The position numbers were made by a program, and so were the translations under genes. Of a stretch of DNA of 64,000 bases, positions 50,525 to 60,972 are shown one piece after another. The notes beneath the pieces are model-generated. The model saw only the letters and a program-made list of their open reading frames with translations, was not told the origin of the DNA and ran no database searches. Positions within the stretch are counted from its first letter, which is position 1. Each line of letters starts with the position of its first letter. The stretch comes from Mobula hypostoma (taxonomy: Eukaryota). The DNA lies in NCBI RefSeq assembly GCF_963921235.1, contig NC_086118.1, positions 13,766,001-13,830,000 of the forward strand, given 5' to 3'.

Positions 50525-51665
50525 ACACTTGATTTGCCATTCTACCTTATCAAGGCTCTTGCACCTTATTCACATGTTCTACCAGTCTGTTACCACCAGT
50601 GCAGTCTTCTATGTGGTGGTGCACTGGGGCAAAGGCACCAATGCAGGAGATGCCAACAGGCTCAATAAACTGATTGGAAAGGCTGGCTCTGTGATAGGAG
50701 TCATAGCGGACACACTGGAGGCTGTGGTAGAACAAAAGCTCTAGGGAAAATCCTGACAATTCTGGACACCCTCTGTCTGCAAACTTGGCTGAACAGACAA
50801 ACACTTTTAGTAATAGACTAAGACAACTCCGCTGTTCCAAAGAGCACTGTATGAGGTCATTCTTACCCTCAGCCATTAGGCTCTATAGTGAGTCAACCTT
50901 TTCAATATTTTTATTAGTTTCTAGATAGAAGAATACAGAGTACAAGGAAGTATATGTAAGGGTCGAAAAAAACAACTACCAGTTACATTATATCTATTCA
51001 TAATAACAATCTCATTACCCCGTATTCATGTAGGTTAGTCAAAGTTGTATTGAAATATATTAAATTATTACAAAAAAAGAGTCTAACCCTTGCCAAGACC
51101 GAAGCTGTTTATTAAGGAGAAAAAAAGGTAAAATACCTTCTCGTATAATAAAAATTAATAATAGCCAACATCTAAATTTAAACAACGAATTGAAGGTTTT
51201 GAAAGTTTTGAGAATAATTCAGAAAGGGTCCCCACAATGTTTGAAAGTCTTGACGAGATTCAGAAATTGAACAATGTATCTTCTCTAAATCTAAGCATGA
51301 CATAACGTCGCATAACCATTGAGCATGAGTAGGAGGAGAAACGTCTTTCCATTTAAATAAAAGTGCCCTCCTAGCTATGAGAGAGCTAAAGGACAAAATA
51401 TATAAATCAGATGTCTTCAGCTTGATATCTTGTCCTGCAACAATACCGAATAGGGCTGTCAGAGGATTAGGCTTAAAATTGACTTTGAAAAGTTTGAGTC
51501 AACCTATAGCTGGGGAGTGATGATCCCTCCTGTTAGACTGTTTGAGGTAACTTATTTTTTATTCTTTTTTACTTTTCTTCTATTATTTGTACATTTGTAT
51601 ATCTGTGCACTTGTAATGCTACTGTGTCATTGAAGCTTCCTTTGGTATCAATAATGTATCTATTT
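50525..51665 (+). mobile_element. Rex-Babar-like LINE 3' fragment interrupted by L1
   Basis: MFYQSVTTSAVFYVVVHWG..DANRLNKLIGKAGSVIG; resumes after 51505. Confidence 0.75.
50900..51494 (-). mobile_element. L1-like LINE 3' fragment
   Basis: LIARRALLFKWKDVSPPTHAQWL..LEKI..WGPFL; AATAAA; 11-bp TSD TGAGTCAACCT at 50889-50899 and 51495-51505. Confidence 0.88.
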
Positions 51666-51749
51666 ATCTGTCTTATTTGCCTACCTGAACTTTCTCTGTA
51701 ACTGTGACAGTAACTCTATATTCTGAATTCTGTTATTGCTTACTCCTAT

Positions 51750-52148
51750 GGATGGCGGGCTGGTTATACATCTTTACCAAAAGGTGTGTAAGGTGCTCCT
51801 TCCCTCTGCTAGCCTGCAAGTCACCCTTGGGCAAGGTATAGCACCCGCTTAGAATCCACCCCCCCCGCACCAATCAGGGTCATGTGAAGGCATGGGAACA
51901 GAAGGTTGACGGACAAATGAGCAGATGGTGCATATTCCAAGTCCTGGTAATGCGGCCACTGATGCCGGGCAGACAATCTCTGAAGAGTATTGATAATGGC
52001 TCGAGTGAACCATCTTGTAAAAGCACTACCTAGAAGAAGGAAATTGCAAACCACTTCTGCAAAAAAATTTGCCAAGAACAATCATGGTCGTGACTAAGAC
52101 TATTGGTCGCGTACGTTATCTGAAACAGCACATAATGATGATGATGAT
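51750..52148 (+). mobile_element. Probable RTE-related LINE/SINE with (TGA)n tail
   Basis: 3' 'gcaaaccacttctgc....tttgccaaga..atcatgg' followed by ATGATGATGATG. Confidence 0.5.
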
Positions 52149-53202
52149 TTGTACTACCTCAATCTAGTTTTGGAATGAGTAGCACACAAAACAAAGTTTA
52201 TTTTTTTACTGTGTCTCAGTGCATGTGACAATAAACCAATTACCAAACACCAATACATTGACAAAGCCCTACTGCAAGGGTTCACATTGCCAAATTGGAC
52301 CCTGTTGTGGGTGTACAGAAGCCGGCTTTGCAGCCTTATTGGGCTGTGGATATGCAAGACACTCACACTCAAATAAAGCATTCGAGCATGCCCTGCACAC
52401 TGGTGAACACCGCAGTCTGTTTCTGACTATATAAGAGGACAGTCCAGAATGAAAATCACAGACTTTGTGATCCCTGGAACAATCCTATGAATTGATATCA
52501 CATTATACTTTTCACTGAAATCAGACCACCCAATGCACAAATTAAGTTTAATCCATTTTTAAGCTCCTATGTACTTCAATATTTATAAGATTTTACAGGA
52601 ACATGGAACAACATTGTACACTTCCAAGTTCAAGAACAAACTCTTCCCTGGTTGAACAGAATACTAAAACAAAATCAGAATCAGATTTATTAAAATTGAC
52701 ATACGCAATGAAATTGCTTTTTTTATTATGGCAGCAGTACAACTCAAAACGTAACTACATTACTTTAAGTTGCGATAAATAGATAGTGCGAAAGATGAAG
52801 TGTTCATGGACCTTTCAGAAATCTGGTAACAGAGGGGAAGAAACTCTTCTTAAGACATTGAGTGTGGGTCCTCAGTTTCCTGTATCTCTTCCCTGATGAT
52901 AATCGTGAGATGAGGGCATGGCCTCGATGGTGAGGTCCTTAATGAAATACTGAATATAATGAAATTCCACATAAAATATAAATATGGCGTAATTGTAAGC
53001 GGGTACAGACTACCCTGTAGCATTACTTCATGACAGAATGCATTCAAATGTTCAAGGTCTTTCACTAAACGATTCTCTTTCCCCCTTCCAGGGTCAGGAA
53101 AAGGCACAATTCATAGAAACATAGAAAATAGGTGCAGGAGTAGGCCATTCGGCCCTTCGAGCCTGCACCGCCATTTATTATGATCATGGCTGATCATCCA
53201 AC

Positions 53203-56200
53203 TCAGAACCCAGCCTTCCCTCCATACCCCCTGATCCCTGTAGCCACAAGGGCCATATCTAACTTCCTTTTAAACATAGCTAATGAACTGGCCTCAACAG
53301 TTTGCTGTGGCAGAGAATTCCACAGATTCACCACTCTCTGTGTGAAGAAGTTTTTCCTAACCTCGGTCCTAAAAGGCTTCCCCTCTATCCTCAAACTGTG
53401 ACCCCTCGTTCTAGACCTCCCCAACATCGGGAACAATCTTCCCGCATCTAGCCTGTCCAATCCCTTTAGGATCTTATACGTTTCAATCAGATCCCCCCTC
53501 AATCTTCTAAATTCCAACGAGTACAAGCCCAGTTCATCCAGTCTTTCTTCATATGAAAGACCTGCCATCCCAGGAATCAATCTGGTGAACCTTCTTTGTA
53601 CTCCCTCTATGGCAAAGATGTCTTTCCTCAGATTAGGGGACCAAAACTGCACACAATACTCCAGGTGTGGTCTCACCAAGGCCTTGTACAACTGCAGTAG
53701 TACCTCCCTGCTCCTGTACTCGAATCCTCTCGCTATAAATGCCAGCATACCGTTCGCCTTTTTCACCGCCTGCTGTACCTGCATGCCCACTTTCAATGAC
53801 TGGTGTATAATGACACCCAGGTCTCGTTGCACCTCCCCTTTTCCTAATCGGCCACCATTCAGATAATAATCTGTTTTCCTATTTTTGCCACCAAAGTGGA
53901 TAACTTCACATTTATCCACATTAAATTGCATCTGCCATGAGTTTGCCCACTCACCCAACCTATCCAAGTCACCCTGCATCCTCTTAGCATCCTCCTCACT
54001 GCTAACACTGCCACCCAGCTTTGTGTCATCCGCAAACTTGGAGATGCTGCATTTAATTCCCTCATCCAAGTCATTAACATATATTGTAAACAACTGGGGT
54101 CCCAGCACTGAGCCTTGCGGTACCCCACTAGTCACCGCCTGCCATTCTGAAAAGGTCTCGTTTATTCCCACTCTTTGCTTCCTGTCTGCTAACCAATTCT
54201 CCACCCACACCAATACCTTACCCCCAATACCGTGTGCTTTAAGTTTGCACACTAATCTCCTGTGTGGGACCTTGTCAAAAGCCTTTTGAAAATCCAAATA
54301 TACCATATCCACTGGTTCTCCCCTATCCACTCTACTAGTTACATCCTCAAAAAATTCTATGAGATTCGTCAGACATGATTTTCCTTTCACAAATCCATGC
54401 TGACTTTGTCCGATCATTTCACCGCTTTCCAAATGTGCTGTTATCACATCCTTGATAACTGACTCCAGCAGTTTCCCCACCATCGACGTTAGGCTAACCG
54501 GCCTATAATTCCCCGGTTTCTCTCTCCCTCCTTTTTTAAAAAGTGGGGTTACATTAGCCACCCTCCAATCCTCAGGAACTAGTCCAGAATCTAACGAGTT
54601 TTGAAAAATTATCACTAATGCATCCACTATTTCTTGGGCCACTTCCTTAAGCACTCTGGGATGCAGACCATCTGGCCCTGGGGATTTATCTGCCTTCAAT
54701 CCCTTCAATTTACCTAACACCACTTCCCTACTAACATGTATTTCGCTCAGTTCCTCCATCTCACTGGACCCTCTGTCCCTTACTATTTCTGGAAGATTAT
54801 TTATGTCCTCCTTAGTGAAGACAGAACCAAAGTAATTATTCAATTGGTCTGCCATGTCCTTGCTCCCCATAATCAATTCACCTGTTTCTGTTTGCAGGGG
54901 ACCTACATTTGTCTTTATCAGTCTTTTCCTTTTTACATATCTATAAAAGCTTTTACAGTCCGTTTTTATGTTCTCTGCCAGTTTTTTCTCATAATCTTTT
55001 TTCCCCTTCCTAATTAAGCCCTTTGTCCTCCTCTGCTGAACTCTGAATTTCTCCCAGTCCTCAGGTGAGCCACTTTCTCTGGTTAATTTGTATTCTACTT
55101 CTTTGGAATTGATACTATCCCTAATTTCTCTTGTCAGCCACGGGTGCACTACCTTCCTTGATTTATTCTTTTGCCAAACTGGGATGAACAATTGTTGTAG
55201 TTCATCCATGCAACCTTTAAATGCCTGCCATTGCATATCCACCGTCAATCCTTGAAGTGTCATTTGCCAGTCTATCTTAGCTAATTCACGTCTCATACCT
55301 TCAAAGTTACTCCTCTTTAAGTTCAGAACCTTTGTTTCTGAATTAACTACGTCACTCTCCATGTTAATGAAGAATTCCACCATATTATGGTCACTCTTAC
55401 CCAAGGGGCCTCTCACGACAAGATCGCTAATTAACCCTTCCTCATTGCTCAAAACCCAGTCCAGAATAGCCTGCTCTCTAGTCGGTTCCTCGACATGTTG
55501 GTTCAAAAAACCATCCCGCATACATTCCAAGAAATCCTCTTCCTCAGCACCTTTACCAATTTGGTTCACCCAGTCTACATGTAGATTGAAGTCACCCATT
55601 ATAACTGCTGTTCCTTTATTGCACACATTTCTAATTTCCTGTTTAATACCATCTCCGACCTCACTACTACTGTTAGGTGGCCTGTACACAACTCCCACCA
55701 GCGTCTTCTGCCCCTTAGTGTTACGCAGCTCTACCCATATCGATTCCACATCTTCCCGGCTAATGTCCTTCCTTTCTATTGTGTTAATATCCTCTCTAAC
55801 CAGCAACGCCACCCCACCTCCTTTTCTTTCATGTCTATCCCTCCTGAATATTGAATATCCCTGAACGTTGAGCTCCCATCCCTGGTCACCCTGGAGCCAT
55901 GTCTCTGTGATCCCAACTATATCATAATCATTAATAACAATCTGCACTTTCAATTCATCCACCTTATTACGAATGCTCCTTGCATTGACACATAAAGCCT
56001 TCAGGCGCTCTTTTACAACTCTCTTAGCCCTTTTTAATGCTTGCCCTGGATTTCTCGGCCTGCCACTTTTACTTTTCCCCTTTGTACTTTTTGCTTCTAC
56101 GCTCACTTTACACCCCTCTGTCTCTCTGCACTGGTTCCCATCCCTCTGTTGTGAACTAACCTCCTCACACCTAGCCGCTTTAATTTGATTCCCACCCCCC

Positions 56201-56217
56201 AACCATTCTAGTTTAAA
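53203..56217 (-). CDS. CR1 ORF2: APE endonuclease + reverse transcriptase, uninterrupted, no N-terminal ATG
   Basis: NARSIRNK, GITETW, YRPP, GDFN, SDH, KSPGPDG, NYRPVSLT, DFQKAFD, GVPQGSVLGP, FADD. Confidence 0.95.
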   Translation of the reverse strand, partial: FKLEWLGGGNQIKAARCEEVSSQQRDGNQCRETEGCKVSVEAKSTKGKSKSGRPRNPGQALKRAKRVVKERLKALCVNARSIRNKVDELKVQIVINDYDIVGITETWLQGDQGWELNVQGYSIFRRDRHERKGGGVALLVREDINTIERKDISREDVESIWVELRNTKGQKTLVGVVYRPPNSSSEVGDGIKQEIRNVCNKGTAVIMGDFNLHVDWVNQIGKGAEEEDFLECMRDGFLNQHVEEPTREQAILDWVLSNEEGLISDLVVRGPLGKSDHNMVEFFINMESDVVNSETKVLNLKRSNFEGMRRELAKIDWQMTLQGLTVDMQWQAFKGCMDELQQLFIPVWQKNKSRKVVHPWLTREIRDSINSKEVEYKLTRESGSPEDWEKFRVQQRRTKGLIRKGKKDYEKKLAENIKTDCKSFYRYVKRKRLIKTNVGPLQTETGELIMGSKDMADQLNNYFGSVFTKEDINNLPEIVRDRGSSEMEELSEIHVSREVVLGKLKGLKADKSPGPDGLHPRVLKEVAQEIVDALVIIFQNSLDSGLVPEDWRVANVTPLFKKGGREKPGNYRPVSLTSMVGKLLESVIKDVITAHLESGEMIGQSQHGFVKGKSCLTNLIEFFEDVTSRVDRGEPVDMVYLDFQKAFDKVPHRRLVCKLKAHGIGGKVLVWVENWLADRKQRVGINETFSEWQAVTSGVPQGSVLGPQLFTIYVNDLDEGIKCSISKFADDTKLGGSVSSEEDAKRMQGDLDRLGEWANSWQMQFNVDKCEVIHFGGKNRKTDYYLNGGRLGKGEVQRDLGVIIHQSLKVGMQVQQAVKKANGMLAFIARGFEYRSREVLLQLYKALVRPHLEYCVQFWSPNLRKDIFAIEGVQRRFTRLIPGMAGLSYEERLDELGLYSLEFRRLRGDLIETYKILKGLDRLDAGRLFPMLGRSRTRGHSLRIEGKPFRTEVRKNFFTQRVVNLWNSLPQQTVEASSLAMFKRKLDMALVATGIRGYGGKAGF

Positions 56218-57167
56218 GTCACCTCAGTAGCCCCCGCTAATCTCCCTGCCAGGATATTGGTCCCCCTAGGATTTAAGTGTAACCCGTCCTTTTTGTACAG
56301 GTCACACCTGCGCCAAAAGAGGTCCCAATGATCCAAAAACTTGAATCCCTGCCCCCTGCTTCAATCCCTCAGCCACACATTTATCCTCCACCTCATCGCA
56401 TTCCTACTCTCACTGTCGCGTGGCACAGGCAGTAATCCCGAGATTACTACCTTTGCGGTCCTTTTTCTCAACTCCCTTCCTAGCTCCCTATATTCTTCTT
56501 TCAGGACCTCATCCCTTTTCCTACCTATGTCATTGGTACCTATATGTACCAGGACCTCTGGCTCTTCACCCTCCCACTTCAGGATATCTTGGACACGATC
56601 AGAAATATCCCGGACCCTGGCACCAGGGAGGCAAACTACCATCCGAGTCTCTGGACTGCGTCCACAGAATCGCCTATCTGACCCCCTTACTATCGAGTCC
56701 CCTATCACAACTGCCCTCCTCTTCCTTGCCCTACCCTTCTGAGCTACAGGGCCAGACTCTGTGCCAGAGGCAGGGCCACTGTCGCTTCCCCCGGGTAAGC
56801 TGTCCCCCCCAACAGTACTCAAACAGGAGTACCTGTTGTTAAGGGGCACAGCCGCCGGGGTACTCCCCATCACCTGCCTTTTCCCCTTCCCCCTCCTAAC
56901 CGTGACCCACTTGTCTGCCTCCCGTGGCCCCGGCGTGACCACCTGCCTTCCACTCCTCTCTATCACCTCCTCGCTCTCCCTGACCAGACGAAGGTCATCG
57001 AGCTGCAGCTCCAGTTCCGTAACGCGGTCCCTTAGGAGCTGCATCTCGATGCACTTGGCGCAGATGTAGACGTCCGGGAGGCTTGGAGACTCCAGGGCCT
57101 CCCACATCTGACACCGAGAACAGCAAACTGCCCTCACAGTCATAATGCCCCTCTCCTCAAATAGCAA
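56208..57167 (-). pseudogene. CR1 ORF1 (zinc finger, leucine zipper, SGNH esterase) with one premature TGA at 56361-56363
   Basis: CSRC..CAKC, LRDRVTELELQLDDL, IGDSIVRG, LPGAR, HIGTND. The frame continues past the TGA through DGLHLN to TAG at 56208-56210. Confidence 0.9.
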
Positions 57168-58281
57168 CAGAAAATGAATGTCCGCCTAAGCCCGGTGAGC
57201 CGAAGCCCTTAAGTCTTCACTCTGCTCCCGGCTCACTCCGCCGCCCACAAACTACGCTGCCCGCTCTCTGAGGCTCTGTTCCTTTTAAATCTGCCGCGCT
57301 GCACTGCCCGACGTCACACGCCTGCGCAGTCCCGCCTCTCAGAAAGCCGTTGGAGAAAAAAAATAACGAAAATTTCAAAAATCTCTTTCTCGGCACTCCC
57401 ACTCAGACTCTCAGATTCCTTCTTCGAATTCTTCGAATCATGTTTCATATTTTGAGACATGAAGGGACAAAAGGTAAATTAGGATGGTGCTGGCACAGGA
57501 ATGGTACATAAATAGTGAAGAATCAGCACTAAAGATGTGATTCTCCCATATAAAGTCTGTAGAGATATGGGGAACAAGGACTGTGTATACAAAAATGCTT
57601 TACAGTTTGTAATTTCTAATGATAATGTAACTCATGAGGTATCAGTCCAGCTGTGTTCTTTCAGACCAGTCCAACCTTGACCCCATGTGGTGCCCATGAA
57701 GTCGGGGATTATATTTGTAACATGTCTTCTTGCGTTATTCTCTTTTGGATATAAACATCAGCCCAGTGTTGGTCTTTCTCACTGTTTTCTGTTTGCCAAT
57801 TTCAGTGATCTAGATACAAGAGGCTATAGATTCATCCCTCCTGGATAACTGTGTTATAGCCTGCCTACTGCTTTCCGTGCAGTGAACTTCAGCAGCAGAG
57901 TATAAATGTGGGCATGCTGTGTTGGCACCAGACGTGTAACACTTGCAGGCTGCCCAGCACAGTACTCAATAATCTGATTTGACACATGACACATTTCATT
58001 ATATGTTTCTATGTACATGTGACGAATAAAGCTAATCTTTAAAGATGTACTGACATCACTATACAATATGCTGTCATTCTAAATGAAATTATAGTCTATT
58101 AATTCCCCTAATTTCACTATTTGGGAAGAAGACTGATCCATCTGTCTTAAGTTATAGGTGGATTACCCTAAACTTGATTATATTTAAAGATATTCTCTAC
58201 AGATTTGTCCACCTATTCACTCCATAATATCCAGATGGACTACACCCCAGGGTGCTGAAAGAGGTAGCTGAAGAGATTTTG

Positions 58282-58555
58282 GGGTGGCACGGTAGTGTAG
58301 TGGTTAGCACAATGCTTTACAGCACAGGTGATCCAGATTCAAGTACCGCTGCTAACTGTAAGGAGTTTGTACGTTCTCCTCATGACCACATTAGTTTCCT
58401 CAGAGTGCTCTGGTTTCCTCCCATAGTCCAAAGGCATACCAGTTGGTGGGTTAATTGATCATTGTAAATTGTCCCATGATTAGGTTAGGATTAAATTGGG
58501 GGATTCCTGGGCGGCACAGCTTGAATGGTCAGATGCTGTATCTCAATAAGTGAAT
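58282..58555 (+). mobile_element. V-SINE-like element
   Basis: tRNA-like head 'ggcacggtagtgtagtggttagcac..gattcaagtacc' followed by the V-domain. Confidence 0.8.
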
Positions 58556-59389
58556 ACATAAATCCTCAAAGTGTTATACTTTAATCTATACCACTTACAA
58601 AGTGACTTCTTTGTCTTCTACAACCATGGCCAAGTGGTTTGCTAACACATCAACCAATTCATCAATTACTGTGTTGTATAGCTGAAGTCTTGTGATGGGT
58701 TCCCGTTAAAACATACCGACAAGTATAGAAGTTACCTTATCACTACTCTCCGCCTACTTCCACCCAGTTCATTTCATAAGTAGATCAATATTATGCCCAG
58801 AATTCCATTAATCACAACTTAGCAAACGATTTCTTTATGGGACTGCTATTCGATTCCAATAAATAGCAATCCCTATATCCTATTGGTCAGACATAAGTAA
58901 ACCTTTACAAAGTTTCACCCATTTTGTGTGATCAGCTAAATGTTCTCAAGCTGTCCTGCGTCAGTGTTCCTACTTTTGGATTCTCGTAAGATGTTGAGCT
59001 AACCAGATCTGTAACTGATTGGTTTCTCTCTCTCATTGTAAGCAGCTGCATGACACATACCAATACAAGAAATAGTTGCAGCATTGAGAGAACTTGGCAT
59101 CCACTTCCTGTGTTGAAAACCATTTTGTCAATGTTAGATAAAACTTTATTATTGTTGATTTGCTCACATTAGTTTTGATAATGTCTATGCTGATTTAGTA
59201 TTAATTTAATTGGGTTATTGCTAAGTATTTGGAAATGTTATGGAAAGTTCCAGTGCTTGTCTCACAGAAAGTCCTCACACAAAATTGCTTTATAGAACAG
59301 TTCTTAGGTAATATTCTAAGCCAGGATATTGAGTAAATACTCATTTCTTTATCCTCGCTAATTTGTGGAAAATTGTTGCTCCCCCATAA

Positions 59390-59606
59390 CAACAGGAATT
59401 CTGCAGATGCTGGAAATTCAAGCAACACACATCAAAGTTGCTGGTGAATGCAGCAGGCCAGGCAGCATCTCTAGGAAGAGGTACAGTCGACGTTTCAGGC
59501 CGAGACCCTTCCTGACGTAGGGTCTCGGCCTGAAACGTCGACTGTACCTCTTCCTAGAGATGCTGTCTGGCCTGCTGCATTCACCAGCATCTTTGATGTG
59601 TGTTGC
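59390..59606. mobile_element. Fold-back Penelope terminal-repeat insertion
   Basis: Inverted arms 59419-59509 and 59519-59609 around a 9-nt loop; 14-bp TSD TTGCTCCCCCATAA at 59376-59389 and 59607-59620. Confidence 0.92.
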
Positions 59607-60299
59607 TTGCTCCCCCATAAGTCATCTTTTTATTGTCTGAGTGAAGACAGAGAAAAATCTTTTCATGATGCTCTTGGTTGTTCTTGTGCCTCATGCTGGA
59701 ATTTATGTGACTGGGCAAGATGAAGGTAGAGGGAATAAAGGGTGGTAGTGGTTTTGAAGCACAGAGATGCATTGGTGTTGGGATGGCTTGATACAAGAGC
59801 ATAGGTTTTCTTATCAGCTTCGTACATTATTTAACTTGCTTGAGATTTTCTCATCAAAGAATTTAGCACTTCTCATCTTTTGACACATGAAGGCTCATCG
59901 ATGAGCTGTTAATCTTTGCAACCCTGCTTACACACCAGTACAAAAGTGTGGATGCTGACAATGCCTGCAAGAGTGCGCCTACAATTGCACTCAATATGTC
60001 TGGCACTTTCCATAAACAAAGTGTTCTCAATCAGCATGCCATTCACCAGCTGAATCCTTCGACACTTTCACCATTAACCAGTTGCAAGTACAAAATGCAC
60101 TGCAGCGGCACATGCAGGCTCCATCATTGACATACAAATTCACATAAAAAATGATCAAGGAGCTCAGCAGATCAAGCAGCATCTATGGAAGGAAATGAAC
60201 AGTTGATATTTTGAGCTGAGACATTTCAGTATCCCTTCATTATTTTCTGTTTCACGTGCTGCTTCCTATCCTCAGGAATAAGTACATATCCGTAGATGT

Positions 60300-60661
60300 G
60301 AACTTCCCACTATTCAGGATATTTACAAAGACGGGTGTGTAAAAAGGGCCCGAAAGATCACTGGGGACCTGAGTCACCCCAACCACAATCTGCTCCAGCT
60401 GCTACCATCCAGGAAACTGTACCACAGCTTAAAAGCCAGGGCCAACAGGCTCCTGGACAGCTTCTTCCACTAGGCCATCAAACTGACTAATTCATGCTGA
60501 TACAATTGTATTACTATGCTATATTGTCTGTCCTGTTGTACATACTATTTATTATAAATTACTATAAATTGTACATTGCACGTTTAGATGGAGTCGTAGT
60601 GTAACAATTTTTCCTCCTTATGTATACGAAAGATGTAAGCAATAAAGTCAATTCAATTCAA
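60300..60661 (+). mobile_element. Rex-Babar-like LINE 3' end
   Basis: 'cagcttcttccactaggccatca'; AATAAA and (CAATT)n tail. Confidence 0.7.
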
Positions 60662-60972
60662 TATTTCTTTTATTATCACTCCTTTTAGAAGGATATATTG
60701 ATGGGTTAGGATGAAGTAAAATAAAAGAGTAAGTTGGAGTATAAATACCAGATCAAAAGATCTCAGACCGAAATGCCAACTATTTATTTCCCTCCATGGC
60801 TGCTGCCTGACCTGCTGAGTTCCTCCAACATTTTGTGTGTGCTGCTAAAGATTTACAGCATTTGTGTCTCCACTAATTTTACCCTTTGAACCTGTAATCT
60901 CTACCATCTAAAATTACAAAGCCACCAAGGTCACAGAATTGCCATCAGCTGCAAATTTCCCTCCAAGTTACA

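Larger units (their letters stand above)
53112..57420 (-). mobile_element. Full-length CR1 LINE (5' UTR, ORF1, ORF2, 3' UTR, TTTCTATG tail)
   Basis: Both ORFs present; GC-rich 5' UTR; 5' boundary approximate. Confidence 0.95.

Noticed and set aside
58282..58350. tRNA gene
   Set aside because: It is the tRNA-derived head of a SINE, with no complete cloverleaf.
58599..58702. Possible minus-strand coding exon (EPITRLQLYNTVIDELVDVLANHLAMVVEDKEVT) ending in GTAAGT
   Set aside because: No AG acceptor (TTTTAACGG), an in-frame TAA just upstream, no recognised homolog, and short enough to be chance.
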